Shown one piece after another: positions 47,755 to 57,257 of a DNA stretch of 64,000 nt. Under the pieces are notes generated by a model, which had not been told where the DNA came from, searched no databases, and worked only from the letters and a program-made list of their open reading frames with translations. This DNA comes from Chloroflexota bacterium (GTDB taxonomy: Bacteria > Chloroflexota > Dehalococcoidia > Lucifugimonadales > JADFKI01): contig JAQBUT010000017.1 in NCBI GenBank assembly GCA_027623195.1, positions 1 through 64,000 of the forward strand. The letters run 5' to 3'. Positions within the stretch are counted from its first letter, which is position 1. Every line of letters starts with the position of its first letter. Made by a program: the position numbers and the translations under genes.

Positions 47755-48839
47755 GCAGCTCCAACCATTCTGGCTACTGCTACCGTAGCCGACGACGACT
47801 TGACCTTTCGGACGACTAGGTCATCGTTGCCAGACACCAGCAAAGCCGCTGGCTCCGACACTCCGACCACACCCAGTTTTTCGTACGCCGCCGACGGGCC
47901 CGACGGGCCGGGCTTGGAGTTTAGCTCATCGCCATTGAAGTACTGCACAGGCACATCCAACCATTGGGCCAGCGTAGAAATGGCTTCCTCGTCTCGCTTT
48001 AGGTCGATCGTTGCCAAACAGCGAATGCTGCCTATTGCCAGCGCATTCCTCTGGAAGGTCCGCTTTAAAAGGCCGTCCAACTCCTGCACCGACGCGTTTC
48101 GGCGACAGCCAACGCCAACTACCAAGGTGCGAGGCCTGTACGTGACGATGGGTAAAGCATCCAACACTGGCTCCAAGCAAATTCGATCCGTGATGAGCAG
48201 GCCAGCCGACCACCAGGAGCTGGTGAATTCGGACATGGACTGGCACGCCTGAATGTTATCCGGCAGCGAACCATCCGACAGCCAGTCCTCCTCCCCGGCA
48301 TCCTGAAGAAGCGCCACCGGCTCTCCGTTTATTACGGCAGCCGAAACGCGGGTGACCACGTCGGAGTCGCTCTCAATCCGCCAACCGTATTGCTTACCCA
48401 GCAGATCAACCGCCAGGGTATTAAGCACATGCGATGCGGAAGTTACCACAGGTGTGGCTTCCAGCACCCTGGCAACGTCATGCGCAAGGTCATCGGCTCC
48501 CCCTTTGTGACCCGACAGGAGACTAACGGCGAAGCGTCCAGCGTCGTCCACGCACACCACGGCAGGGTCGGCAGCTTTGCTTTCCAGGTACGGCGCCAGC
48601 AACCGAACAGCGGCGCCCGTGGGCATGAAAAGCACCAGGGCGCGACGGCTAGCGAATAGACTGGCGATCAGAGGTCGAACCGGAAGGTCGAAGGCAATGG
48701 CCTCTGGAATAGAGGCGTCAGCGAGACGTCGTTCCACATAAAGGTCCACCTCTTGCCGCAAGCCCATGGCAAGACGATAGGCCATTTCAGCGCCGCGCCG
48801 GGAAATGGCAACAATAGCTGTCGAAGGGGAATCGTTCAT
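47751..48839 (-). CDS. cbiG: Cobalt-precorrin-5A hydrolase
   Basis: GAAVR..AP...K..DPAV..VD...SLLSGH.GGA, GVGCRR, K.DE, GVSEPAAL. Confidence 0.93.
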   Translation of the reverse strand: MNDSPSTAIVAISRRGAEMAYRLAMGLRQEVDLYVERRLADASIPEAIAFDLPVRPLIASLFASRRALVLFMPTGAAVRLLAPYLESKAADPAVVCVDDAGRFAVSLLSGHKGGADDLAHDVARVLEATPVVTSASHVLNTLAVDLLGKQYGWRIESDSDVVTRVSAAVINGEPVALLQDAGEEDWLSDGSLPDNIQACQSMSEFTSSWWSAGLLITDRICLEPVLDALPIVTYRPRTLVVGVGCRRNASVQELDGLLKRTFQRNALAIGSIRCLATIDLKRDEEAISTLAQWLDVPVQYFNGDELNSKPGPSGPSAAYEKLGVVGVSEPAALLVSGNDDLVVRKVKSSSATVAVARMVGAA

Positions 48840-48841
48840 AC

Positions 48842-49687
48842 CTACGCGCTTCCGTTCACTCCCTGTGTCTCCGCTGCTGCGCTCCGTCCACTTTCGAACC
48901 CTTTGGCCCGCCTGTAAATATGCGTATAGCTTTCCGAGTAAAGGTGGGACGATGCGACCATCTCCAACTCATCGGGTCGGCAGATGTTCGGATCAAACGC
49001 ATCCCCTACCAGCACCAGCGCTTGCAGCGTGATGCCTGCCTCCTTCACCTTGGGACCGATATCGGCCAGAGTCCCTCGAATGATCTGCTCATCCGGCCAG
49101 CCCACGCGATACACTATCGCCACAGGTGTCTCTTCGGTATACGCGCCTTCCAGCAGTTGTTTCACAAGGCGATTGATTCGGGTAATACTGAGGAAAATTA
49201 CCAGCGTTGCACCGTGCCTGGCCAAATCCGCCATCTTTTCGCCATCGGGCATTTCTACCCGGCCCTCAAGACGGGTAAAGATTACCGTCTGCGACCCGCC
49301 GGGCACCGTGAATTCAGTCTTCAGCGCCGCTGCCGCGGAAAACGCGGAGCTGACGCCAGGAACGATCTCGAAGTCTACGCCGGCAGCTTCCAGGATTCGC
49401 ATCTGCTCCAGCACAGCCCCATAGATGGACGGGTCGCCGCTCTGGATTCGCGCCACGATCTTGCCATCGCTAACCGCCTGTAGCATCAGGTCGATCATCT
49501 CGGTCAACGTCAGGGTCTTGCTCCCTACTACCTGGGCTTCTGGCTTCGCGAACTCGGTCACCGATGGATGCACCAGCGAGTCTGCGTACACCACCAGGTC
49601 TGCCGATTCGATTAGCCTCGCGGCCTTCAGTGTGAGGAGTTCAGGATCTCCTGGGCCACCGCCTATAAAGTAGACTTTTCCGCTCAT
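48842..49687 (-). CDS. cbiF: Precorrin-4 C11-methyltransferase
   Basis: GPGDPELLT.K, YADSLV, SGDPS.YGA..EQ, T.PG.SQT.I.TR, R..WPDE. Confidence 0.95.
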   Translation of the reverse strand: MSGKVYFIGGGPGDPELLTLKAARLIESADLVVYADSLVHPSVTEFAKPEAQVVGSKTLTLTEMIDLMLQAVSDGKIVARIQSGDPSIYGAVLEQMRILEAAGVDFEIVPGVSSAFSAAAALKTEFTVPGGSQTVIFTRLEGRVEMPDGEKMADLARHGATLVIFLSITRINRLVKQLLEGAYTEETPVAIVYRVGWPDEQIIRGTLADIGPKVKEAGITLQALVLVGDAFDPNICRPDELEMVASSHLYSESYTHIYRRAKGFESGRSAAAETQGVNGSA

Positions 49688-49739
49688 GTAATTAATCCTT
49701 TTAACACCGGTTATTGTCCGCACACGAAGAACGGTCGTG

Positions 49740-50471
49740 TCACGCCGTTCGTGTTTCCCGAGTTGCGCTAAGTATCAACATGGAAAAGTAATCCATGTCA
49801 TCGGGCTTTAGCTCACTCACGCTTCGCACTACCATTTCGCGCTCCGTAGTCGCCCTGCGCACGAAAACGCAGCGTTCCAGGCCTCCGTCTCGCTCAATCT
49901 CTTCAACAGCCTTCACGGCCTTTTGATTTACCTTCATGAGCACAACGGTATCGAACTGGGCAAGCACCTGCCGAAGATCGTCCACACCATACATGGAAGG
50001 AAGCACTGCCAGCCGCTCCCGGTGCGATACGATGGCCACCCGCGCTGTCGCCGCCGATGCCGAAATTGACGACACGCCGGGTACGACCTCTACGGGCACA
50101 TTCGGCTCCGCATTCAACACTTTTTCCATAACGTACATGAACGAGCCGTACAGCATCGGATCGCCCAGCGTCAGAAAGGCCACACTTCTTCCCGTCCTGA
50201 TGTGGCCCAAGATGTCATCGGCGACCTGGCCCCATACTTCGTCCGTGTCGATTCCCATGGCAAAGGGCGCGTAGACTATCTGCTGTCTTTCCAGGTCGAG
50301 GAATTCTCTGACCACGGTCAGCGCCAGACTATCATCGCTGGTCTCGGCATGGGGAGCAAACACAACGTCGACAGCCCGCATAATGCGCACGGCCTTGAGG
50401 GTAAGCAGTTCCGGATCTCCCGGCCCCACACCCACTCCGTACAAACAGCCCTGGCCGTTTCCGTTAAGCAA
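49740..50471 (-). CDS. cbiL: Precorrin-2 C20-methyltransferase
   Basis: GVGVGPGDPELLTLKA, TLGDP.LY, VVLMK, YFS. Confidence 0.92.
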   Translation of the reverse strand: MLNGNGQGCLYGVGVGPGDPELLTLKAVRIMRAVDVVFAPHAETSDDSLALTVVREFLDLERQQIVYAPFAMGIDTDEVWGQVADDILGHIRTGRSVAFLTLGDPMLYGSFMYVMEKVLNAEPNVPVEVVPGVSSISASAATARVAIVSHRERLAVLPSMYGVDDLRQVLAQFDTVVLMKVNQKAVKAVEEIERDGGLERCVFVRRATTEREMVVRSVSELKPDDMDYFSMLILSATRETRTA

Positions 50472-51119
50472 TTACGCTCCAAACTCCTTTTGGCCGGTAA
50501 TGATAAACACAGGGTTCATCGCCTCCAGCCTTGTGGAGCCGTCAGGCAAGGCCTTGCCTCTGGACGCGCTCACCATAGTCATGTCAGTTTGCAGACCCAG
50601 TTCTTTCATAAGCAGGTGCGCCTCGTTAGCCCGCTCCACCGCAGCAAAGTTGGCTACCACGACGCCCCCGGCAGCAAGCCTACCGCTTACGGCGACTACT
50701 ATCTCCTTTAGCCGCCCGCCGGTGCCGCCAATGAAAACCGAGTCTGGGTCCGGCAAAGGCTCCAGCGCATGGGGCGCCTCCCCGGACACTACCTCTATGT
50801 TGTCGGCGCTAAAGTCATGTACATTCTGTCGAAGCAGGCTCAGGCCTTCTTCATCCCGCTCCACGGCGAAGACACGTCCTTGCGAGGCGATCCACGCCGC
50901 TTCCAGAGCCACAGAGCCGGTTCCTGCGCCGATGTCCCAAACTACGCTGTCTCGTTTGAGCCTCAGCGAGTACAGGCTTACCGCCCTCACCTCGGACTTT
51001 GTGATGAGGCCCTTGTGCGGTCGTTTCTGGGCGAAGGCATCATCGGGCAATCCAAGTGGACGACTGAGCTTTCCTTCTGCCCCCGCGATGGACGCTCCAT
51101 CCCTCGGTCGACTACTCAC
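50472..51119 (-). CDS. cbiT: Cobalt-precorrin-6B C15-methyltransferase (decarboxylating)
   Basis: GLPD..F, ITK.EVRA, WDIGAGTGSV..E, FIGG, NPVFI. Confidence 0.92.
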   Translation of the reverse strand: MSSRPRDGASIAGAEGKLSRPLGLPDDAFAQKRPHKGLITKSEVRAVSLYSLRLKRDSVVWDIGAGTGSVALEAAWIASQGRVFAVERDEEGLSLLRQNVHDFSADNIEVVSGEAPHALEPLPDPDSVFIGGTGGRLKEIVVAVSGRLAAGGVVVANFAAVERANEAHLLMKELGLQTDMTMVSASRGKALPDGSTRLEAMNPVFIITGQKEFGA

Positions 51120-52287
51120 TGGCCGAGGCCTTTGCCTTCAACAGCAGGGGTTCATCGGAAGTCGTGGCCTGACCCAATATGTTGCCCTCGAAGTCGAAGC
51201 AGATGCTGTCAATTATAAGGTCGCTGCCCCTTTCACCAACAAAAATCTTGGACTCCTGGCAGACCTTGCGGCAAATCAGGTCGAAAACATCCATTACCTC
51301 ATGGGCCTGCGCGATCTCCTGGAAGTGCCTGGCCGTTGTCGACTGCCGCATCTCCGCCTGCACATCGGGCGAAACGCCGCACTCAGCAGCCAGCGAGGTC
51401 AAATATTCAGGATCAACCTTGTTGCCGGCGACGTGAGTGACGAAGTATCCCATGGCCAATTTGGAAAACTTGCCCACCATGCCCACCAGCGTTGCCCGAC
51501 CAATGCCCCTTTGTGCGCAGCGTTTCAAGGCGGAGCCTGTGAATATGCCGACGTTGACGTACGCCATGTCCGGCAGGTCAAGGAAATGCTTGGTGAATGC
51601 CTCGCTCTGCGTCCCTGTCGAGATGACCATCTGTGGCAGAGAATTAGCGGCGGCTACATCTATAGATACGTTGACGCTGGCGCGCCACGCCGCTGTCGAG
51701 AAGGGCTGCACCACGCCAGTGGTCCCAAGGATGGAGATGCCATCGACAATACCCAGTCTGGGGTTATCCGTCTTCTTGGCAATCTCCTCGCCACCGGGCA
51801 CAGATATTTCCACTAGGAACGCACCGCTGTTGCCGAGGCCGTCGGCCGTGCCTATGACTGCCTGGGTAATCATTCTGCGCGGCACCCGAGTGATGGACGG
51901 ATCTCCGACAGGAATGCCTATACCGGGCTTCGTCACGATACCCAGGCCAGGCCCCCCCACCAGCGTCACTCTGTCTCCACCGCCCTCTGTTAAGGACACT
52001 GTGGAGCAGATCTCTGCGCCAGACGTAGCGTCAGGGTCATCGCCACCGTCCTTGATGACAGAGCAAAGCACCTTGCCGCCGTCGAGGATTTCACACCTGT
52101 GCATTTGGAAGGTGGCGTCCTCACCCATGGGAAGGTGAATGGTTACCTGGGAAACGGGTTCTCCGGTGAGTAGCGTCTGGACCGCAGCCTTAGAGGCCGC
52201 CGTCGCACATGACCCGGTGGTGTAGCCGGTACGCATCGCCCGTCGTTTGACGGTGGGCCGGCTGTAGTCACTCTCGCGATTTGCCAT
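51112..52287 (-). CDS. cbiD: Cobalt-precorrin-5B C1-methyltransferase
   Basis: G.TTG.CA.AA, KD.GDDPD.T.G, N.RLGI..GISILGTTG.V.P.S, GK..KLA.G...TH. Confidence 0.95.
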   Translation of the reverse strand: MANRESDYSRPTVKRRAMRTGYTTGSCATAASKAAVQTLLTGEPVSQVTIHLPMGEDATFQMHRCEILDGGKVLCSVIKDGGDDPDATSGAEICSTVSLTEGGGDRVTLVGGPGLGIVTKPGIGIPVGDPSITRVPRRMITQAVIGTADGLGNSGAFLVEISVPGGEEIAKKTDNPRLGIVDGISILGTTGVVQPFSTAAWRASVNVSIDVAAANSLPQMVISTGTQSEAFTKHFLDLPDMAYVNVGIFTGSALKRCAQRGIGRATLVGMVGKFSKLAMGYFVTHVAGNKVDPEYLTSLAAECGVSPDVQAEMRQSTTARHFQEIAQAHEVMDVFDLICRKVCQESKIFVGERGSDLIIDSICFDFEGNILGQATTSDEPLLLKAKASASE

Positions 52288-52307
52288 CCTAAAAAAACCC
52301 GGCCCGA

Positions 52308-53162
52308 TTAATCGGGCAGCGCGGAAAGGCTACTTTCCGAAGCGGACCACACATCCTGAATACGACTGGCGGCGAGTTTCACCAACCTGTCATCGATGCC
52401 CAGCGTAGCGCTGATGGAAAATGTAATGCCGGGGAAGGAGTTCCTGAGCTCGTCTATCCCACCCTCGATATTGCGAGTGAGGATAAGCCCTGGGAAGAAT
52501 ATGTATGGCACACAGATAATGGACGAAACACCACAATCAGCCAACTGTTGCGCGGCCTCCTCCATAGTGGGGGAACCGAAGTGCGACTGGGCCACCGCCA
52601 CAGCGAAGGCATCACCCAGTTTCTCCTCGACCAGCCCTCCGAAATCTCGGAACCACTGGTGGTCCTCCTGCTGGGAGCGTGTACCCGCCTTCACCAGCAT
52701 AACGCCTCGCGGTGAAGCGATTACTGCGCCGTTCAGCGCTCGAGTCTGCTCCATGACGCGGTCTACCACGATATCGGCCAACGCCGGGTCGCAACCCAGT
52801 GGCGCGGACGGTCGAATATCCATATCGGGGCTGCGCTCCAAAGCCTTCTCGATCTCCTCATCCAGATCGTCTGTTAAGTGGGTTCCCTTTCCCAGGAGAA
52901 ACGGCATAACCGTAATGCGAGACCGTCCCCTGTCACCCAGGGCAGTCACCGCCTCTGCCAGGTCTGGCTTGATGAATTCGAGACACGCAATCTGAACATC
53001 GGCGCTTCCGCCACCTAGCTCTTCTTGCAGACGCCGCACCATATCTTGAAGACCGTCGGTCGTGTCGTTACCCCGTTGGCTTCCATGAGCAAGCAACACC
53101 ACCCCCCAGGGGTCTCTCTCTGAGTCATCCTCTACACGATGCGAGCTATCGACGTTCATCAA
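52308..53162 (-). CDS. cbiX: Sirohydrochlorin cobaltochelatase (long-form CbiX)
   Basis: LAHGS, LE..PDL, PFLL..G.H...D, duplicated CbiX domain. Confidence 0.82.
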   Translation of the reverse strand: MMNVDSSHRVEDDSERDPWGVVLLAHGSQRGNDTTDGLQDMVRRLQEELGGGSADVQIACLEFIKPDLAEAVTALGDRGRSRITVMPFLLGKGTHLTDDLDEEIEKALERSPDMDIRPSAPLGCDPALADIVVDRVMEQTRALNGAVIASPRGVMLVKAGTRSQQEDHQWFRDFGGLVEEKLGDAFAVAVAQSHFGSPTMEEAAQQLADCGVSSIICVPYIFFPGLILTRNIEGGIDELRNSFPGITFSISATLGIDDRLVKLAASRIQDVWSASESSLSALPD

Positions 53163-53815
53163 ATTCCTTCTGTCGCGATTGTAAGCAGCGCATTCAACGT
53201 GGCCGCTGCTGCCGAGCTACCGCCGCGGTTTCCCAGTATCGTAATGTATGGAACCGTGCGTTGAACAAGCTCTTGCTTAGACTCGGCGCAGGCCACGAAG
53301 CCTACGGGCATGCCTATTATAAGGGCTGGCGAAACTTTTTGCTCATCTACGAGATCCAACAACGCCAGCAGCGCTGTGGGGGCGTTGCCAATGGCCACCA
53401 CGGCGCCTGATATCTTCGGCGCCAGCTCTCTGATGGCCGCAGCCGACCGTGTTATGCCCTCGGCCTTGGCTCGTTCCGCCACGTTGGGGGCGTCGATAAG
53501 TGTCGTGATGGGATTGCCGCTGCGCCCTAGCAACACCTTGGAGGTGCCGACCTCTACCATTCTTACATCCGTGACAATCTGCGCAGAAGTCTTCATCGCC
53601 TCAATGCCTTTCTCCACGGCGCCAGGGCTGAACTTCACCGAGTCCACAATCTGGGGCTCGCCTTCCGCTCGGACGATACGAGTGACCACATACCTCTCGA
53701 CGTCGGAGAGATGCGTTAGCGGAGGCAGTACGTCGCGCACCATTTCCAGGCTCAGCCGGTCTATTTCGTCGGGTTTAAGTCCGTACTTTTTCAGCAGTGT
53801 TTCTTGGTTAGTCAA
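53159..53815 (-). CDS. cbiC: Precorrin-8X methylmutase
   Basis: TRS.AA, IGNAPTAL, G.PVGFV...ESK, RGGS..AAA..NAL. Confidence 0.93.
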   Translation of the reverse strand: MTNQETLLKKYGLKPDEIDRLSLEMVRDVLPPLTHLSDVERYVVTRIVRAEGEPQIVDSVKFSPGAVEKGIEAMKTSAQIVTDVRMVEVGTSKVLLGRSGNPITTLIDAPNVAERAKAEGITRSAAAIRELAPKISGAVVAIGNAPTALLALLDLVDEQKVSPALIIGMPVGFVACAESKQELVQRTVPYITILGNRGGSSAAAATLNALLTIATEGI

Positions 53816-54011
53816 GGCTTCCCATCTGTATGAGCGTTCGGCGCCTAACGGCGAATGCCAGATTTCATACTATAATAGTTCGGTCGCCATAAGCCAATTT
53901 TTTAGATTGTCCGGCAGGGCGGCTTTTGCCAACGAACGCATGAGAAAACGGACCACCATCACCGCCCAAAACCCTCGCAAAAGCCCATAGCCGAGTATAT
54001 GAAATACGAAA

Positions 54012-54647
54012 ATGCCAAGATTTAATTTCCCCAGTTTGGGAGACCTGCTGGGAACAAGCAACGAATCCCCAGACTTTCAGGAGCCGCCAGCCCTGGTAAT
54101 CGTTGGTTTGGGTAATCCCGGCCCAAAGTACGGGGAGACACGCCATAACGTTGGGTTCTGGTGCATCGACCTGCTGGCCAAGCAGCACGGCATCAAGCTG
54201 GAGCGCAAGCACAAGACGGCCATCATCGGCGAAGGGACATTGGAGGGCCAGCGGGTCATTCTGGTAAAGCCCCGCACCTTTGTGAACCTGAGCGGTCAGG
54301 CCGTCGAGTACCTCACCGCGAGGTACCGGATGCCCCTGGAGAAGGTCGTGGTCATTTACGACGACATCAATCTGCCTGTGGGGAAACTACGGCTGCGGGC
54401 CAACGGAAGCGCAGGCGGACACAATGGCATCCGCTCCATCATAGAGTCCACCGGCTCCCAAGGGTTCCCAAGGATAAGGATAGGCGTGGGCAAACCACCC
54501 GAAGGCACAGACCAGATTGGCTACGTCATCGGCAGGATGTCCCCGCAAGAACGCGAAGCAACCATCAAGACGTTAGAGCGCGTCGCCCTGGCCATAACCA
54601 GCCTGCTTACGGAAAGCATCGACGTGACCATGAACAAGTTTAACTAA
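54012..54647 (+). CDS. pth: Peptidyl-tRNA hydrolase
   Basis: GLGNPG.KY..TRHNVGF, KP.TF.N.SG, GSAGGHNG. Confidence 0.96.
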   Translation: MPRFNFPSLGDLLGTSNESPDFQEPPALVIVGLGNPGPKYGETRHNVGFWCIDLLAKQHGIKLERKHKTAIIGEGTLEGQRVILVKPRTFVNLSGQAVEYLTARYRMPLEKVVVIYDDINLPVGKLRLRANGSAGGHNGIRSIIESTGSQGFPRIRIGVGKPPEGTDQIGYVIGRMSPQEREATIKTLERVALAITSLLTESIDVTMNKFN

Positions 54648-54722
54648 TGTTTTCTGGATATCCAGCACATCCGGTTTGCGCCAGCAACGCACCACCGGCG
54701 ACGATATCTCGTCGCCCAACCC

Positions 54723-55136
54723 TTAACCGCTATCGTTCTCCCGGTCTCGTCGCTGGGTCTGCACCAAACGCAAAACCTCGCTTCCACGGGCGTATGCGCC
54801 GCTCTCCATGGGATGGCTGGTCCCGTTGTTGATGTGGGCAGGACGCCAACCCTTTGCATAGGCAAAAAGGTATGCCCACCAGCCTCGCTGATGCTGGTCC
54901 TGCACATGAAAGAACTCGTGACCTACGAGCATGATGCCAAAGTCGGTAGAGATGTCCGGAGCATGCCTGGTGACATGAACCCGGCCATTTATCGTCACAG
55001 CGTGCTGGCCGAACAGGCCAAACAGATTTCCGAAGAGCGACCCTTTAAGCACAGACGTGTCGTTGATCAGCGACGCTTCGTACCAGTTTGCGAGAACCTC
55101 CCTGGCTTCGTCGGATAGAGATAGCTGGACCGCCAT
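54723..55136 (-). CDS. Hypothetical zincin-like (DUF4157-like) protein
   Basis: AVT...V, GHEFFHV.D (HExxH), E..AY. Confidence 0.6.
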   Translation of the reverse strand: MAVQLSLSDEAREVLANWYEASLINDTSVLKGSLFGNLFGLFGQHAVTINGRVHVTRHAPDISTDFGIMLVGHEFFHVQDQHQRGWWAYLFAYAKGWRPAHINNGTSHPMESGAYARGSEVLRLVQTQRRDRENDSG

Positions 55137-55333
55137 AGGGATGACCTCCTGTATTTAGGGCATTCTTTGGCAACTGCTCAAAAAATAACATCGTTCCGTT
55201 GTGTTCACTCACGATCATTTCAGCGAACCCACGGCTGTCTCACGGTGTATAATATGTCCCGCTTGCCCAAAATCATATAAGCCGCGATGCCGAAACAGTG
55301 TTGATTTTGAATTTTGGAGGCTGAGGAACTTAA

Positions 55334-56464
55334 ATGCAGTTTGGGTTATTTTACGAGTGGCCCAACCCCACTCTACGTGACTGGAAAACTCTATTTCAAG
55401 AAGGCGTACAGCAGATTCAATTATCAGAGGAATTAGGCTTTGACTACTGCCTGATCGCCGAACACCACTTCACCAACTACGGCAACTCACCTTCGCCCCT
55501 ATTGCAGGCCCTGTATATCGGCCAGCACACCAAGCGCATACGCATCGGAACCGCGGCGGTCGTACTGCCGGTGTGGCAGCCGCTGCGACTGGCAGAGGAG
55601 ATCGCGGTGCTGGACAACCTCATCGATGGCCGTTTCATGTGCGGCGTTGGTAGGGGTTACCAGGCCTACGAAATGGCCAGCTTCGGTGGCAACATCGAAG
55701 AGTCCCGGGGCAAGTTCCAGGAGACTTTAGAGATACTCGTGAAGGCCTGGACCTCGGAGGAGTCCTTCACCTATGACGGGGAGTACCACAAGATACCGAA
55801 CCCCGTCAGAGTGTTTCCTCAGCCCATGCAGAAGCCTTATCCGCCAATGTGGCTGGCGGGAACCAGCGTGGACTCCATGAATTTGGCAGCCAATATGGAC
55901 ATGATGCCCCTGTCCTCCGGAATGATGGGGCAAGACGGCATGAAGAAGCAGCTTGGCGTTTACGTTCATGCCATGCAAAACGTAGGCAAGCCGCTGACGG
56001 GAATCAACCTGGGCGCGCAGTGCATGACCCATGTGGCCCGCACCGACGAGGAGGCCTTTGAGGCCCTAAAGTACGCCCGCTGGCAGAACCGAGCCCAGCG
56101 CGGCCTGAACCGCCAGGCCGTGGTTAACGGTAAGGTCGAGGCCACCCCCTACGAGGGTGAGCTGGACGACGAGGCGTACATGGAAAGGCTGTTCTTCGGC
56201 AGCCCGGAGACGGTAATAAGGAAGTTCAAGGCGGTAGCCGAGGCCGGTGCTACCCACATAAGCAACTGGATGATGTTCGGCGGCATGGAACACGACAAGC
56301 TGATGCGCTCTGTGCGCCTCATGGGCGAGGAGGTCATTCCTGCCCTTAAGGAAGTCATGCCTCCGACAGGCCTTTACCAGGAGTTGCTGGCGCAGCCGCT
56401 GGTAACCAACGAGGAGTTGCAGTCCTCCAGGCTCGCCCGCTCGCCGCGCGACATGGCGACGTAG
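55334..56464 (+). CDS. LLM class flavin-dependent oxidoreductase (luciferase-like)
   Basis: AEHHF, P.RLAEE.A.LD...GR...GVGRGY, PQP.QKP.PP.W. Confidence 0.92.
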   Translation: MQFGLFYEWPNPTLRDWKTLFQEGVQQIQLSEELGFDYCLIAEHHFTNYGNSPSPLLQALYIGQHTKRIRIGTAAVVLPVWQPLRLAEEIAVLDNLIDGRFMCGVGRGYQAYEMASFGGNIEESRGKFQETLEILVKAWTSEESFTYDGEYHKIPNPVRVFPQPMQKPYPPMWLAGTSVDSMNLAANMDMMPLSSGMMGQDGMKKQLGVYVHAMQNVGKPLTGINLGAQCMTHVARTDEEAFEALKYARWQNRAQRGLNRQAVVNGKVEATPYEGELDDEAYMERLFFGSPETVIRKFKAVAEAGATHISNWMMFGGMEHDKLMRSVRLMGEEVIPALKEVMPPTGLYQELLAQPLVTNEELQSSRLARSPRDMAT

Positions 56465-56587
56465 GTCGGCCTGACAGGTCTGGTATTGAACCGTCCGCTC
56501 GCATCTAAGGCGCCTTTTTAAGCGTTGCGGACACAGTAGCTGTTTGTTATATTTAATCGGGTGGTCGCCTTGGCCACCCGACCCGCT

Positions 56588-56638
56588 CGTGGGGCTGTAG
56601 CTCATCTGGGAGAGCGTCCCGATGGCGATCGGGAAGGC
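56588..56638 (+). repeat. Partial tRNA-Ala copy (5' part) with a substituted anticodon arm
   Basis: 29 bp identical to 56671-56699, then TCCCGATGGCGATCGGGA, then AGGC. Confidence 0.85.
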
Positions 56639-56673
56639 TCCGCGTTAACAACTTAGGCATCTTGCACATCCGT

Positions 56674-56749
56674 GGGGCTGTAGCTCATCTGGGAGAGCGC
56701 TTCAATGGCATTGAAGAGGCACGGGGTTCGAGTCCCCGCAGCTCCACCA
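56674..56749 (+). tRNA. tRNA-Ala (GGC)
   Basis: GGGGCTG/CAGCTCC acceptor stem with G3-U70, anticodon arm CTTCA-ATGGCAT-TGAAG, GGTTCGAGTCC, encoded CCA. Confidence 0.97.
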
Positions 56750-56760
56750 ATTTTTTCATC

Positions 56761-57006
56761 ATGTTCCATGTCTACGTTCTCAAAAGCGATTCAGCCAATC
56801 GCTACTACATAGGCTCCACTAAAGACCTAGCCCAGCGTCTCGACCAACACAACTCCGGTATGAGCAAATCAACTAGAGCCTACAGGCCATGGCGACTGGT
56901 TTATTCACAGGCCTTCGACACCCGTTCAGATGCCGTCCGCCGCGAAAAAGAAGTCAAGTCCTGGAAAAACCGGGCCTATCTCGAAAGCCAGCTTGACCTA
57001 GCCTAA
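56761..57006 (+). CDS. Stand-alone GIY-YIG nuclease family protein (81 aa)
   Basis: VYVLKS...YYIGST.DL..RL..HN.G..KST...RPW.L.Y...A..RE..VK. Confidence 0.9.
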   Translation: MFHVYVLKSDSANRYYIGSTKDLAQRLDQHNSGMSKSTRAYRPWRLVYSQAFDTRSDAVRREKEVKSWKNRAYLESQLDLA

Positions 57007-57007
57007 C

Positions 57008-57073
57008 GCCCATCTGGGAGAGCGTCCCGACGCGGCGGGAAGGCACGGGGTTCGAGTCCCCGCAGCTCCACCA
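57008..57073 (+). repeat. Partial tRNA-Ala copy (D loop to CCA) with a substituted anticodon arm
   Basis: CATCTGGGAGAGCG + TCCCGACGCGGCGGGA + 33 bp identical to the tRNA 3' end. Confidence 0.85.
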
Positions 57074-57257
57074 TTTCTCCATGTATTCAGCATAAACGTG
57101 CTCTACGATGGCGTTCTCGACAGCACGCCTTGACCCGCCCAATCCTCCCCTGCTAAACTCGCGCAACCCAAGTCATGGCCACGCCACTACAAACCCGTTC
57201 TTTCACAAGTATGGCCAGCCGGACAATCCAAAATATTCCAAAGCAGAGGACAAGAAA

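Noticed and set aside
50383..51816. 477-aa plus-strand ORF and many other long antisense ORFs
   Set aside because: Shadow frames opposite well-supported genes in GC-rich DNA, with no recognisable motifs.
56662..56760. Longer N-terminus for the GIY-YIG ORF
   Set aside because: It would run through the tRNA gene; ATG 56761 starts the domain at its usual position.
56588..57073. CRISPR array, or attL/attR of an integrase-driven island
   Set aside because: The repeats are tRNA-derived, irregularly spaced and internally substituted; no cas or integrase gene is present. No CRISPR array was seen anywhere in the window.
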